From: Lobosporangium transversale
Taxonomy: Eukaryota
NCBI RefSeq assembly: GCF_002105155.1
Contig: NW_019028998.1
Span: forward strand, 558,001-622,000
Reading direction: 5' to 3'
Length of the DNA: 64,000 bases
The notes below the pieces were generated by a model. The model did no database searches and was not told the origin of the DNA. It saw only the letters and a program-made list of their open reading frames with translations. A program made the position numbers and the translations under genes. Shown piece after piece: positions 26,744 through 38,871 of the stretch (position 1 is its first letter; every line of letters starts with the position of its first letter).

Positions 26744-28823
26744 CTACATGAATTCTACAAATTCTAAACCAAGGAGCCCTAACCCTTGTTCTAGCACCTG
26801 TTTTGCAGCCCAAAATAGTAACCACCGTGCTTCAGCCACTGCTGGCTCCATATCCTTAACACGTAATACTCGGTTAGCCTGACTAATCTCTGTTGCAAGG
26901 CGGAACAAATGAGAGACAAGGATAAAGGGATCCAATGTACCCTGTAGCATAGAAAGGATATCTTGCCATTCTGCGATGACCAGACACAAATTTAATGCTT
27001 CAGTATACCCTTGAACAAGCGAGAGATCTGCATCAGGATTGTACCGTACGTTCGACTTTCGTTCGATACTTGAAAAACAATAAAAGTACAAAACAAATAT
27101 ATGTAAAGAGACGAAGCAAGGAAGCGCAGTGTTAACAATAAGCTCCCGATCCTTCATCTATCCAGGCTAACTTAAATACGTATATATAAAAAGAATCGTC
27201 CTTACCCACAAAGCCTTGAATGGACGTATTGCAAGAATACGCCTGAATTGCCCTTGCCATTCATGATCCTACTCATGTCCACAAGAAGCTTCCGTATCCG
27301 CTTGCCGCCCACGCTTTCAAATGCAAGTGCAGACTCGCTTAAAATTCTAGCCATCCTTGTCAGTGCAGCTTCATCTAGCGCTGGCTCCACGTCATCTTCT
27401 CCATTATGACCGTCAATATCACCATCGCCATACCCAATACCTCGTCCTGGTTTCCCTCTATTTTCAACCACAATCTCTCCCATCCGCTTGTTCGTATAGT
27501 CTACAATCCCTTTCAAGCCTTGTTCCAACTCTTCATTATCCTTCCAAATATCCGTTCCAGTTACGAATCCAAAATACAGGACTTCAATCCTATCCGTCCA
27601 AGGCATTATCATTTTATTCCTGTGGAATCTATTGTCATCATTTTTTGGAATCCCACCTTTAGTTTGGTCCTGAGTCTCCGCTACCGTTTCATCAGCGCTA
27701 GTTCCGGGGTTAGAAAATATGGCCTTTGCCAAAAACAGCACCTGCTCTGCAACCTGTCGTCTACCATTAGCAACTATCCAGACTAATCGATCGTATTCGT
27801 ACTGATGGAATTGATATACCAATGAGATCAGTACCCAAATGACAGCTGTAGGTTCTTCCACCATCGACCTACCATCAGTCCCATCGGGCGCATCAGGGGA
27901 GGGGTTTCTGGAAAAGACCTTGACCTGACCAAGTTGCTGCGATGTCAAGTCAACTACCCAAGACCCGTCTTCCTTGATTTGAGCTTTGATGTCTGCATTG
28001 GTTTGAAATGCATTTTTGATGATTTGAAGATATTCCTCGGACCATGCTGTGTCTGGGACTCCATTAATCAGATCCAATCCACGAAGTAACCCTCTAATCC
28101 CTTCACTTATCTCACCAACTGTAACAAAAAAAAAAAAAAAAAAAAAAAAGACTATTCATTATTAGAAAAGACCACTTACATTAAAGAGTGATAATATCAA
28201 AAAAAAAAAAAAAAAAAAAAAAACTTACGGGTTGGGTATTCCATAATGACGTTGATAGATGATGATGGACATGAGCTCTTCAGAAGTCTTGCAATGCATC
28301 CTGCCAGGACTGTTCTTCGAAGAGCGCAGTAGCCATTTTGATCTGATTGAAGTATGGATCCATTTACAATCACTGTTCGGTCGTTATCTCGAGGCCTTTT
28401 ACCAAGATATGATCCAAAGGTGTTATCAATATTAGCAACTGCAGCTGTAGTTGTGGTCGTGACTGTAGTATTATCTATCAGTTGTTTGACGGTTAGCTGG
28501 ATCAATTGTAGAGGAACTGGATCAAAAAGAAGCATATCCTTGGTCTTGCGGATGCGAGAGATCCATTTCTGGGCTTCTGGCGATAAGATTAGACACCTAT
28601 CTAGTGTGTCTTCCTCCAGATTTGCTCCAGATATTGTCCGACGCAGGAGGATGAGGACGACCGAGAATACACTATGAGATTCTCTTATTGGGCCTGTGTT
28701 GTGTTGGACAAGCGGGAGTAACGTCGCTGCAGGCAAGCCATTGCCGAGCGCCTCAGAGAGATGAGATGCAATGGCCCGTCGGAATGAGAGCAATGTCGAA
28801 TCCTCCTGGTTCTGCATCTGCAT
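26744..28823 (-). CDS. Arginyl-tRNA-synthetase-derived protein with DALR anticodon-binding domain; catalytic motifs degenerate
   Basis: Three exons join in frame. C-terminal GNSGVFLQYVHSRLCGIERK...ARWLLFWAAKQVLEQGLGLLGLEFVEFM* matches the ArgRS DALR domain. No HIGH-type or MSTRKG-type motifs. Confidence 0.8.
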
Positions 28824-28894
28824 CCCGATCCAAACAAACTAAAATAAAAGGTTGTTTCTTCTTCAAAAAAGAAGTTAAAGATTAAGAATAATAT

Positions 28895-28904
28895 ATCACG
28901 TGAT
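28895..28904. promoter_or_regulatory. Palindromic E-box ATCACGTGAT in the divergent promoter between the ArgRS-like and Ngl-like genes
   Basis: Perfect 10-bp palindrome in a ~350-bp head-to-head intergenic region. The CACGTGAT core recurs at 31358 and 36886. Confidence 0.4.
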
Positions 28905-29174
28905 TTGCGCATTCCTACTGGAGACGTTGGAGCGAGCTCATGAGTAAAGAACAAAGAAACCCGAAAAGGTATTTGAGATATTTGAATGATCTGTGGGGGC
29001 CTCATTATCCTCTCGTCGTGTAGTGTCTATCGATTGATCTTTATTCTTCAGTGACTACTAGAGATATAGAGATCAGACTTTGATATTGTAGGAGTCTTTT
29101 TCTTCTCTCTCCATTCATTTTCATTCAACAAAAAAGACCCCTCCATTCATTTACTACATTCCCTACTTTTTGTC

Positions 29175-31245
29175 ATGCCCCGACCTCACAGGCGAATGAT
29201 TGCTCTGCCTAGCGCACAAGAGCTAATTCAAGGCGAGAGCCCTATCCGGCTGCGCAAGAAGAAGGATCGCTTTCTCTTTATGACCTATAACGTAAAAAAT
29301 AAAAAGAAAAAGAAAAATCGGTCCTCCTTTCGAGAACATTTTGCCATTTATGCCCCCTTACTGACATTTTTTTTTTCTTTAATTTACTTTTGTCTTCTTA
29401 CTTTCTCAGCTGTTGGCACAGGCCTTGGTACGTAGAGACATGTTTCCACATGCGAGTCAGAAGGCTCTCCGTTGGAAATTCCGTCGTCAGAACTTGTTAC
29501 AAGAGTTCTTGGAATTTGGACCTGATCTCGCATGTTTGCAAGAGGTTGATTTCTGGGATGAATTCTATCTCCCGGCCTTAACTAAATCTGGCTATGAAAG
29601 CGTGTTTTACAAGAATCAGAACAAAAAACACGGCTGCGCCATCGTTTGGCGCAAATCAAGGTAATATACATATTTGTAATAAGAATAGCGACAAAAAAAA
29701 CCCCTCGAGAAAACATTAATTTTTTTTTTCTTTATTCCCCAATATAAGATTCGAAAAAGTCGACCAGGCCACTATTGAGTACGATGATGTCGGACAGCCT
29801 ACTTTCTTGACTGGTAACATTGGTCTGATGGTGGGATTACGACCTGTGCAACATTCTGCCGAGAACCCAGATCCCAACGCAGACATGCTCCTTCCTGATG
29901 AGGATGAGGAAAAAGAAGGACAAAAGGATGTTACCGCTAGTGTGAATGCGTTTTGTCCGCAAAGAGAGGTGGCTGGGACCCCTGGAGGGATACTTGTAGC
30001 CACAGTAAGCTGCATAAATGCATGAATATGATGAGTGCTTTGGGGAATCAATTACAGGCTCAATGATGTCAAGAGGGAGAAAAAAAAAAAAAAAAAAAAA
30101 AAAGCTTACTAATTGTATCAATATTCATTGCAACTAATAGACTCATCTGTTTTGGAGACCTGATGGATCCTATGAGCGCCTTCGTCAGGCGTCTATTTTC
30201 CTTAAAAAGATCAAGGAATGGAATGAGGATTTAAAGTACACTGTCTTACTTGGCGGAGGTAAATATGTGTACCTTTTTTTATAGATATATGAAAAAATGC
30301 ACTTATCACTCTTACTGACAATGATTCCCGGCATTATCGATTTTAGATTTCAACACAACACCACGCGATGCAGCATATCGTGCTATGACAAGGAATGAGA
30401 TGCCTCCTCAACAGATACCTGATTTACAAACATGGCTTACGAATGAGGTCGCTCGTGAGGAGGAGGCGGCAGCAGCAAAAACAACATCAAAAGGGACTGA
30501 TGGTGAATTGAAAGTAAACAGTGATGAGATAGACCAACTGACGGCAAAAGCAGAAAACCTAGATCTCGAAGGCTCAGGCAATGATCCTAGTAGTAAAAAC
30601 GATACAAAAATTGAGAAAGAGACATCCGATCTGCCTTATCGTGCCCCACATAGGGGTATTTTGCTGCCCAAACAAAAAGGTGCTACTGCGTCTGTAGTAA
30701 CGGATCAGTCTTCCTCAACTATTGCTAACGCAGCTGATTTTGCGTCGTCGCAGGACCCCAAGATCAAGAAGCTTGCTGAGAAAGATGCTACTTCTGCTGC
30801 CAACAATGAGAGTGGGGAGGACGCAAGGGTCATTGCACCCATTGAGGCTTTTACGCCTCCACAAGAATTAAAGGCCGCAATAGAAGCCTCTCCACGTTGC
30901 ATCAGTATTTACGGACAATACGAAATATTGATCAAAGACAATCCTGCACAAGTGAGTGCTGGGGCGGCAGCAAAAACTGATACAGGAAATACAACAGCTA
31001 CCAAAGCACACACTCACCATACCCACGGGGAGCCCATTTTCACCAATTTTGCAACATGGTTCAAGGATACGCTTGACTACGTGTATCTTTTAGACGAACC
31101 CCTTCCTGAGAATGGTGCACGCCTGGTACCTCTCAAATTCCTGGAAGTCCCGGATCAGAGCTTTTTGGGCCATGGGTTACCCGACGAAAACTTTTCTAGT
31201 GATCACTTCTGCCTGATGGTGGAGTTTGCACTCCTTTGTAAATAG
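29175..31245 (+). CDS. CCR4/nocturnin-family (EEP) RNA exonuclease, Ngl-like
   Basis: Motifs across five exons: MTYNLLAQAL, DLACLQEVD, HGCAIVWR, VATTHLFWRP, GGDFNT, FTNFATWFKDTLDYV, SSDHFCLMVEF. Confidence 0.9.
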
Positions 31246-31334
31246 ATTCATTATAAATATATAATAAAATATTATTTATAATTTTGCGTCGATTTTTGAA
31301 AGGTGGCTGTGCTTTGGGGCGGACGCGTCTCCAG

Positions 31335-31414
31335 CCAATGAACGCGCGCTAGAACTTCACGTGATATTTTTTCGAGAATCGTCTATGTTTCAGTTTCAGG
31401 GGGTCATATAAAAA
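31335..31414 (+). promoter_or_regulatory. Candidate core promoter of cyclophilin-40 (CCAAT, E-box, HSE-like unit, TATA)
   Basis: CCAAT at 31335-31339, CACGTG at 31358-31363, TTCgaGAA at 31371-31378, TATAAAAA at 31407-31414; ATG at 31481. Confidence 0.45.
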
Positions 31415-31480
31415 CGGAGCAATTGTTTCCACCTCATTCCACACAACTTTTCCGAAATTCCATTCATTACTAAAGACACC

Positions 31481-33141
31481 ATGCCAAACCCACGTACTTA
31501 TTTTGATATTACCATTGGACAAGAGGCTGTTGGACGTATTGTGTTCGAATTGGTAAGATAATTCCTTTCATAATCGAGAAAAATAAAGGCCTATCTATTT
31601 TTTTTGTTGGTTTGATCTGTCTTCAATACTTATTAATTTTTTTTATCTTCAATTCATATTAGTTTGCAGATGTCGTCCCCAAGACTGCTGAGAACTTCCG
31701 TGCACTTTGCACAGGTAGTGATTACTTTTTATCTCCCTTTTGATATTTACATAGTATATTGAATTCTAAGGATTTTGACCAAGAAAAAAAAAAATTTTCC
31801 TATTCAGGCGAGAAGGGTATGGGAGCGACTACTGGCAAGGCACTGACTTATAAGGGTGCACCCTTCCACCGTGTTATTCGCGTAAGGATTATTAACATTC
31901 TTTATTTAAGAGAAATTAAAAAGAGAAAGAAAAAAAGTACTTGCATCTAATAGATAATGATAATGAATTACAAATATATAGGATTTTATGATCCAAGGTG
32001 GCGACTTCTCAGCAAGGAATGGACAGGGTGGAGAATCGATCTATGGCGCTAAATTTGAGGATGAAAACTTTGAACTGAAGCACGACAAGCCCTTCCTGTT
32101 GTCAATGGCTAATGCAGGGCCTGGAACCAACGGATGTATGTTTTTTTTTTTTTTTTTTTTTTTTCCTGCTTTTTCTTTATCGGTGAATTTGGAAATCCCG
32201 TACACATCTATGGTGATCTAACTTTACTATTGTTTTTGTTTTTGTTTTTCTTTTTCTTTGAAATCAACAGCACAATTTTTTATTACAACTGTTCCCACCC
32301 CTCATTTGGATGGAAAGCATGTGGTCTTTGGAAAGGTCCTCAAAGGTCAATCTGTTGTCCGTGAGATCGAAAGAACCCCCAAGAAGGAAAACGATGCACC
32401 AGTATCGCCTGTGATCATTGCAGACTGCGGTGAGCTCGCAGAGGGTCAAGATGATGGTGTTGCTTCTCCGGACGCTGGTGATAACTATGCAGACTGGCCA
32501 GGTTAGTTTAATGGAAACAATGAGAATGCATGAGTCTAAGAGTAATGAAGGCACATGGGCCCTTTTTTTTTAACTCTGTAATTGCATTCATATGCTGGCT
32601 TTTATTTCTCTTTCCACCAATAGATGATTATGAAGGATCCAAGGAAGATAAGGATTTGATTACAATTGCACAAAACCTCAAGAACCTTGGTAATAACTTC
32701 TTCAAAGCAGGAGATTATGGAAAGGCCTTGAACAAGTACAAGAAAGCGATCCGGTATCTGAACGAGAAGCCTGTCTTTGATGATGATGATGCGCCTGAGC
32801 TGATCAAGGAGTTTTATTCAGTCAAAGTCCCCTGTTATCTTAATCGAGGATTCTGTGCATTGAAGCTAGGGCGTCCTGAGGAAGCGATCAAGGACATGAC
32901 AGTAGTTTTGGAATTTGATCCTCAGTATATTTCGGATGCAGAAAAGGCAAAGGCTTATTTCAGACGCGGATCTGCATACTTGAAGAGCAACGATTTAGAG
33001 AGCGCGAAGGCGGATTTGAATCAGGCCAAAGCACTTTCACCTAAGGATGCAGGAGTGTTGAAAGAATTAGAGGTTGTGCAACAAAAGCTGACCGCCAAAC
33101 GTGAGAAGGAAAAGAAAGCCTACGCAAAGATGTTCTCATAG
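31481..33141 (+). CDS. CPR6: Cyclophilin-40 peptidyl-prolyl isomerase with TPR domain (Hsp90 co-chaperone)
   Basis: Cyclophilin motifs [64 protein letters not shown]. Three TPRs and C-terminal KKAYAKMFS. Confidence 0.96.
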
Positions 33142-34420
33142 AATAGAATAGAGTAAAATAGAAAGAAAGGAATGAAAGAAAAGACTACTAATGTGCTAGA
33201 CGTGTTGAACCAGAAATATATGGCGTGTAAAAATTTGCTGAGAATCACTTGCTCATGGTTCAATTTGGCGTGGACAAGATTGGATTGGTCAAGGCACTCA
33301 GCCCGCCAGATACATTCGCGTTACCTTCATAGCTCCAGACGAGGGCTGTCTGCCAGTTAGCTCCAGATGTATTCGAACTTGGTTAGTTTCGTAAGAAATC
33401 TCTCTCTTTTGCATCGGATCCTTGCTTCCTTTTTTGGAGAGAGCAGACATATTCTGAAACATAAGCACAGTGCCTTGTCGACTTGGGCCATTAGTAGTCC
33501 ATCTTGAAGATAGTGGATACTACACAATGTTTTTAAAAAGGCTGTCAGCTAACCTGAGATGATCCAATATGGATATCATATAGTATGCATTCAAACATTC
33601 TTTGACTTCTCCCATAGTGCACTAGATCATCACTTTATTCTCAATTAGCTTTGGATATCCCTGATCCATGAGTACAACAGCACACAGATGCTAACAGTTA
33701 CTTCAATGCTTTCTACTGATCCTGTTCGTTCCAAGTTCCCAATTTCAATTGATGCCTCTTATTCCCCTACGCGTCTAAAAAGAAGTGTCTCAGCAAGGGG
33801 AAGGGGGAACGAAGTAGGGTGAGGGTAGGAATGAGTGCTAGGATAGATTCTTATCCAGCCTAGAAATTGGTATTTGTAGCATGGTGATTTCCCATTCTTC
33901 TGTCTCTTTCTCACGCACGCATGCACTGAAGTTCCCTTCCTACCACTCATTTCTTTTGTTCTATGCCGGATGATGTCAAGTAGAAGGACACAAACGATGA
34001 GAACCGCCGATTTGGCAAAAAAAAAATAAATAAAAAAACTCTTTTTGTTCCAACCAACCTTGGCGGCGATCATTTCTATTATTTCCCCAACGCAAACCTC
34101 CTTAATCTTTATTTTTAATGCATCTCCCCGTCCTCACCCCCTAACACACCGTGTCTTTTGTTTTCTCCTCTTTTCTTTTTCAACAGTTCAATAGCTCACC
34201 AACGATTGCAAAGCCTTTCCCTCATCCCTCTACCTCTTTTCCCAGTTTATTTTTTTAACTTCAATCTTAACGTCCATTCTTTTCTTTTTACTTTTTTTTT
34301 CGTGCTCTCTTTTCATCTCCTGTCCTCCTGTCCTCCTGTCCTCCTGTCCTCCTTTACTCCTTCCCATCTTTCCTCCTTCCTTCTCTTTTCTCCTTCTCTC
34401 CATCTATACTGCCTTCCCGT

Positions 34421-34460
<40 letters not shown>

Positions 34461-34553
34461 AAGCCTTAAATTTGATTCAACTTACTGTAGTTTTCATTAC
34501 AACGTCATAGCCATTGTCCCTTTTCTTTTTTTTTTTTTTTTTTTTTTATTCAC

Positions 34554-34585
<32 letters not shown>

Positions 34586-34588
34586 GTA

Positions 34589-34652
34589 ATGTTACGTGCA
34601 GGACACCATCAAAAACCGCATAATCAAGGTGAAGATCCAAACATCATATTAG

Positions 34653-34692
<40 letters not shown>

Positions 34693-35433
34693 ATGTAAAC
34701 GCGTGTAATAAAGTTTTTTGACAGAAATTCAATTTCTTAAAAAAAAAAAAAAAAAAAAAAAACATAGAAATCATGTCGCCTTGTAACCGTAGTTTTCTTT
34801 TCAAAAGCATTCAATTCCCGTCATTGTAAGGAGTCCTTCGTGATAATAATAATAATAACAACAACAATATCATCATCGTCTGCAGCAATCACCAGTTGTT
34901 CTATCATCTAAGCTGATAATCTAATGATTCTTTACACAGCAAGGGATTGAACACCCTGCATCCAGAATGCTTCAACAATAGTATCAGTGAAATCAGCAAC
35001 CTACGAAAGGAGGATAAAGAACATGGTAAACATTTCTCTTTTGACTATAAATATCGTCTTTACCCATTCTTATGCATAATCTTTCGTCTCAATAACGCGC
35101 GTCACTGACCTTTATTATTTTAATACTGCGATTGAATAGTTTGGTCTCAGAACATGGATGGCATATCATTTGTTTTCACCAAGGTAAAAAAAGGAGGTTA
35201 AAAAAAACCCTTCCTCCCCCACCTTTCTTCGAATATGTCTGTGCGCCTCGTGTTTTGCTTTCCTGTCAAATCAAAGCTGTTTACATTTTTCAATCTTCAT
35301 TAAACAGGGTCCTGCTGGTCAAACACCCTTTCCAACACTTGTCGCCATGTCTAGCTATTTTCCTCAAGATCAACCTTTACCCCAATCATCCCAACAACGC
35401 CAGCAGCAACAGCAACAGCAGCCACAACAATAA
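34589..35433 (+). CDS. Hypothetical 117-aa protein, five exons
   Basis: Exons 34589-34628, 34768-34825, 34940-35025, 35140-35183 and 35308-35433 all have GT-AG ends and matching phases with no internal stop. Poly-Q C-terminus. Confidence 0.6.
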
Positions 35434-35481
35434 CAGTAGCAGTAACAGAACAACTTACGTCTGTTTATGATCTACAAAAGG

Positions 35482-35512
<31 letters not shown>

Positions 35513-36316
35513 TTATGTATCGTATAAACTCCTGACAGAATGAAAAAAACAAAAAAAAAAAAAAAAAAAAAAAAGGCGCTTGCTTCTTAGCTGTCAGGAT
35601 ACCTATAGCTCTCCCCCTCTCCTCCTCCTCCTCCTCCTCCTCCTCCTGCTCATGATCAATGAACTTTTTAACAGATGCAGGGAGGGGTCTGCACTCAATA
35701 GCGACACAATATCCAATCATTTTTTTTATGTTTTGGTGGCGGTCCATACATCAATCACAAAAACAGATCTCAAGATTTCTTTTTGATCACATCCATAAAA
35801 AGAAATAAATTTTGGGCCAATTGATTTTCTACTTTCAACCGCAGCGCAGCAAAGAAATATCAGATCAAAATGACTTTTAGGAAAAAAAAAAAAAAAAAGT
35901 TATCCTTATTTTCTTATGCTTTATTGTACAAGTGGAGCAAGTTAGAGAGTATATGTAATAATAATAATAATAAAAAAAAAACCCCATCATTTGGGATGAT
36001 AAAGGATGTTTAAAAAAAAAAGAAAAGAAAAGAAAAGGTCGGTCAGGTTTAGCTTTTTAGAAACTGATGAAGAAATAACGTAGTTGAAGAGAGAGATGAG
36101 GGGTGAAGCTTTATCATCTTGTATCTTGTATCTTGTATCTTGCATGTTGTGAGAGATGTTCCTCCTGCGCACATCTACCACCTGGGCCCTAAGTACTAGC
36201 TTTTTAAGCTTTTGGGGGTTTTTTTTTTTTTTTTTTTTCCTTCCTTCCTTCCATTCTTTGTATTGCCTTGAGGATAGTCGGTTGAAAGGGTATGTTTTTA
36301 TGAATATGTATATACT

Positions 36317-36619
36317 TTAGTGTTTCCTAAAGATTTTTTGATGGTTGGGAGTCTCCAAAACGAGCTTTTCGCCACTGTAGAGTTGAGAGATGAATGCCTG
36401 ACGTTTGACCACCTCGAGTTGTTGTTGAGCCTTATGAATCAAGGCCTGGATCTTGTCCGGGTCAGTTTCATTCTTTGCTGCATGGAATCCATCCCGAGTT
36501 CGACGGATGGCATAATCACGGAAGTTGTATGCTGCAAAACGAGAGGAATAGTGCAACAAGTTACGATACAAGCCTAAAACTTGAGCACGGTGTGTGGCAG
36601 TTGAGACAGCAGAAGTCAT
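36317..36619 (-). CDS. ISD11: LYR-motif protein 4 (Fe-S cluster desulfurase partner)
   Basis: VLGLYRNLL, FAAYNFRDYAIRRTRDGF, QLEVVKRQAFISQLY..EKLVLE. Confidence 0.95.
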   Translation of the reverse strand: MTSAVSTATHRAQVLGLYRNLLHYSSRFAAYNFRDYAIRRTRDGFHAAKNETDPDKIQALIHKAQQQLEVVKRQAFISQLYSGEKLVLETPNHQKIFRKH

Positions 36620-37028
36620 TTTTTTTTTCTTTTTTAATAAATGTATTAATAATTGTTGAAAGTTAAAAAAGATGTAGGTGAGAAGTGCTGAGAGGCGAGG
36701 GGAGAGGGAAGATTTAAAGATTTGCTCGAAAGTGACCTTTTTGGAAAAAAAAAAAAAAAAAAAAAAAAAAAGAAGTCTACGTCACAGGAAGGATTGCCAT
36801 TTCATTAATTCTTGGGCAAGTACTTCACTAGGCAGCATAAGACAATAGCTTTATTCTATGCATGTATATTAGAGACGGGGATATCCACGTGATATAGGGT
36901 TTGTTATTTTTTTTCCTCTTACCTTTGCCCTGACAATTGAGTGAAGGCAGAGGGGAGGGAAAAAAAAAGCCTTCTGCATACATCATAATCATCCTCTCTC
37001 ATCACCGACACAGATACACACCATAATC

Positions 37029-37726
37029 ATGCCTGTCTCCTCTGCCACGAACTGGGCCGATGAGGTCGATGGCGAAGAAATGCCTCAGACCTTCACTGAT
37101 GCCAATGGTATCACCACTACGATTGAATATAAGACTAACGAGGATGGCAAGAAAGTCAAGGTACTCAAAGCGCCTGATTCTCTCTTCCTCCCTCCCCCCT
37201 TTTTTTTTTCTAAAAAGAAAACGAAAAGAAAGAAAAAAAGGAAGGAAAAAAAAAAAAAAAGACTATCGATTATGTCTCAGGAACACAAGCAGAGTTCATT
37301 TCCCATGGATTTCAAGTTGACATTGAAGAAAAGCAACAGAACCAAGGACTGAATATTGAATACTGGATAACAGGACGCACGATACAGGACTCTAAGTAAT
37401 AATAATAGTAATAATGATAAGTTATTGATGCCCCATGACGTTTATGAAACGTAGTGAGAAGTATTTCACGCCACCAAAATAGCATGGACGTAAAGCCCGA
37501 GAATCAAAGGAATCCAGCTCTTAAAGTAGATTTTAGAAAGAAACAAAACGCCTTTCTACTCTCTCTCCATGGTCTGTCTGACTGACTGGAACTTAATATA
37601 ATATTCCTTTAAAAAAAAAAAAAAAAAAAAAACCTCTCCTATGCTAGATTACTCGCCGCACTCAGAAGAAGTTGATTCATGATGTCGTCAACAAGGCTGT
37701 TGCTACTCGCAAGGTAACAAAATAGG

Positions 37727-37758
<32 letters not shown>

Positions 37759-38673
37759 GTTTATTTTCATTACCACTAATACTTTTTTTTTTTTTTTTTT
37801 TTTTTTGTCCAAAACAGAAATGGCCTAAATTCGGCAAGGAAAAAGGAAACCGCCCTGGTCCTGATCCAGCAACGACGAATGTCGGTGATAACATCAAGTT
37901 GAAACTCTCTTCGACCGGACAGATTGTTCAGGATGTGGATGAGAAGCACGAGGCCATGAAACAGCAGCTCCAGAACAAGAAGATTCTCTGCCGTATCTGC
38001 AAGGGCGACCATTTCACTACAAAGTGTCCATACAAGGATTCGCTCGGTATGGAGGATACTGCTGCTGTCAGTACTCCTCCTCCCGCCGAAGAACCTGGTA
38101 AGGAAGCAGAAAAAAAAAAAAAAAAAAAAAAAAAAGGTTCGTTTACACTTTTACAATGTATCTTACAAACTTTTCTCCTTTCTCTCTTTTTTTTATTTTT
38201 ATTTTTATTTTTATTTTTTATTACTAGCTCCCGAAGAGCAGCAGACCGGTGGCAAGTACATTGCCCCCCACATGCGTGCTGGAGCAAGTGGTTCCAAGGA
38301 TCGCGAGACGATCCGCGAAAAGCGCGACGAGCAGCCCACGCTCCGTGTCACCAATTTGTCAGAGGATGCGACCGAGGCCGATGTGTCAGAATTATTCAAG
38401 CGCTTTGGTCACATCTCCCGCGTCTTCTTGGCACGTGATCGCGAGACCAATGTTTGCAAGGGCTTCGCTTTTGTTTCTTTCACAATGCGTGAGGATGCTC
38501 AACGTGCATTGGAGGCTATTGACGGACGTGGTTATGATAATTTGATTCTTCGTGTGGAATGGGCCAAGTAAGTCTTTTTTCTCTCTTTTTCTTTAAAAAA
38601 AAAAAAAAGAAAAAAAAAAAACGACTGTGTCTGACTAATCCCTCTTATTAAACAATCTAGGTCGTCTGCGTAA
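37029..38673 (+). CDS. TIF35: Translation initiation factor 3 subunit G
   Basis: NWADEV N-terminus, zinc knuckle CRICKGDHFTTKCPY, KYIAPHMR, RRM TLRVTNLSED...KGFAFV...GYDNLILRVEWAK. Short terminal exon ends at TAA 38671-38673. Confidence 0.96.
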
Positions 38674-38871
38674 ATATCGTGTCTTTTTTGTAATAAAATT
38701 CCGTGTGTCATCTCATTTCTTCAAAAATTCTAATTGTTGCCAACGAACAGTAACCGGACACATATACTTTTTGTATCCTTGAGGATCTTTTTTTTTTTTT
38801 TTTTTTATTTTTTTTATCATTCTTCTATTTTATTTTTTTAAATTGTAAATGCATTCTATTTTTCCCTTTTT

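Noticed and set aside
33200..33760. Coding-like intergenic stretch (pseudogene or TE relic?)
   Set aside because: Multiple stops and no recognisable domain or terminal repeats.
37161..37647. Long first intron of eIF3g as a snoRNA host
   Set aside because: No clean RTGATGA/CTGA pair or H/ACA layout visible by eye.
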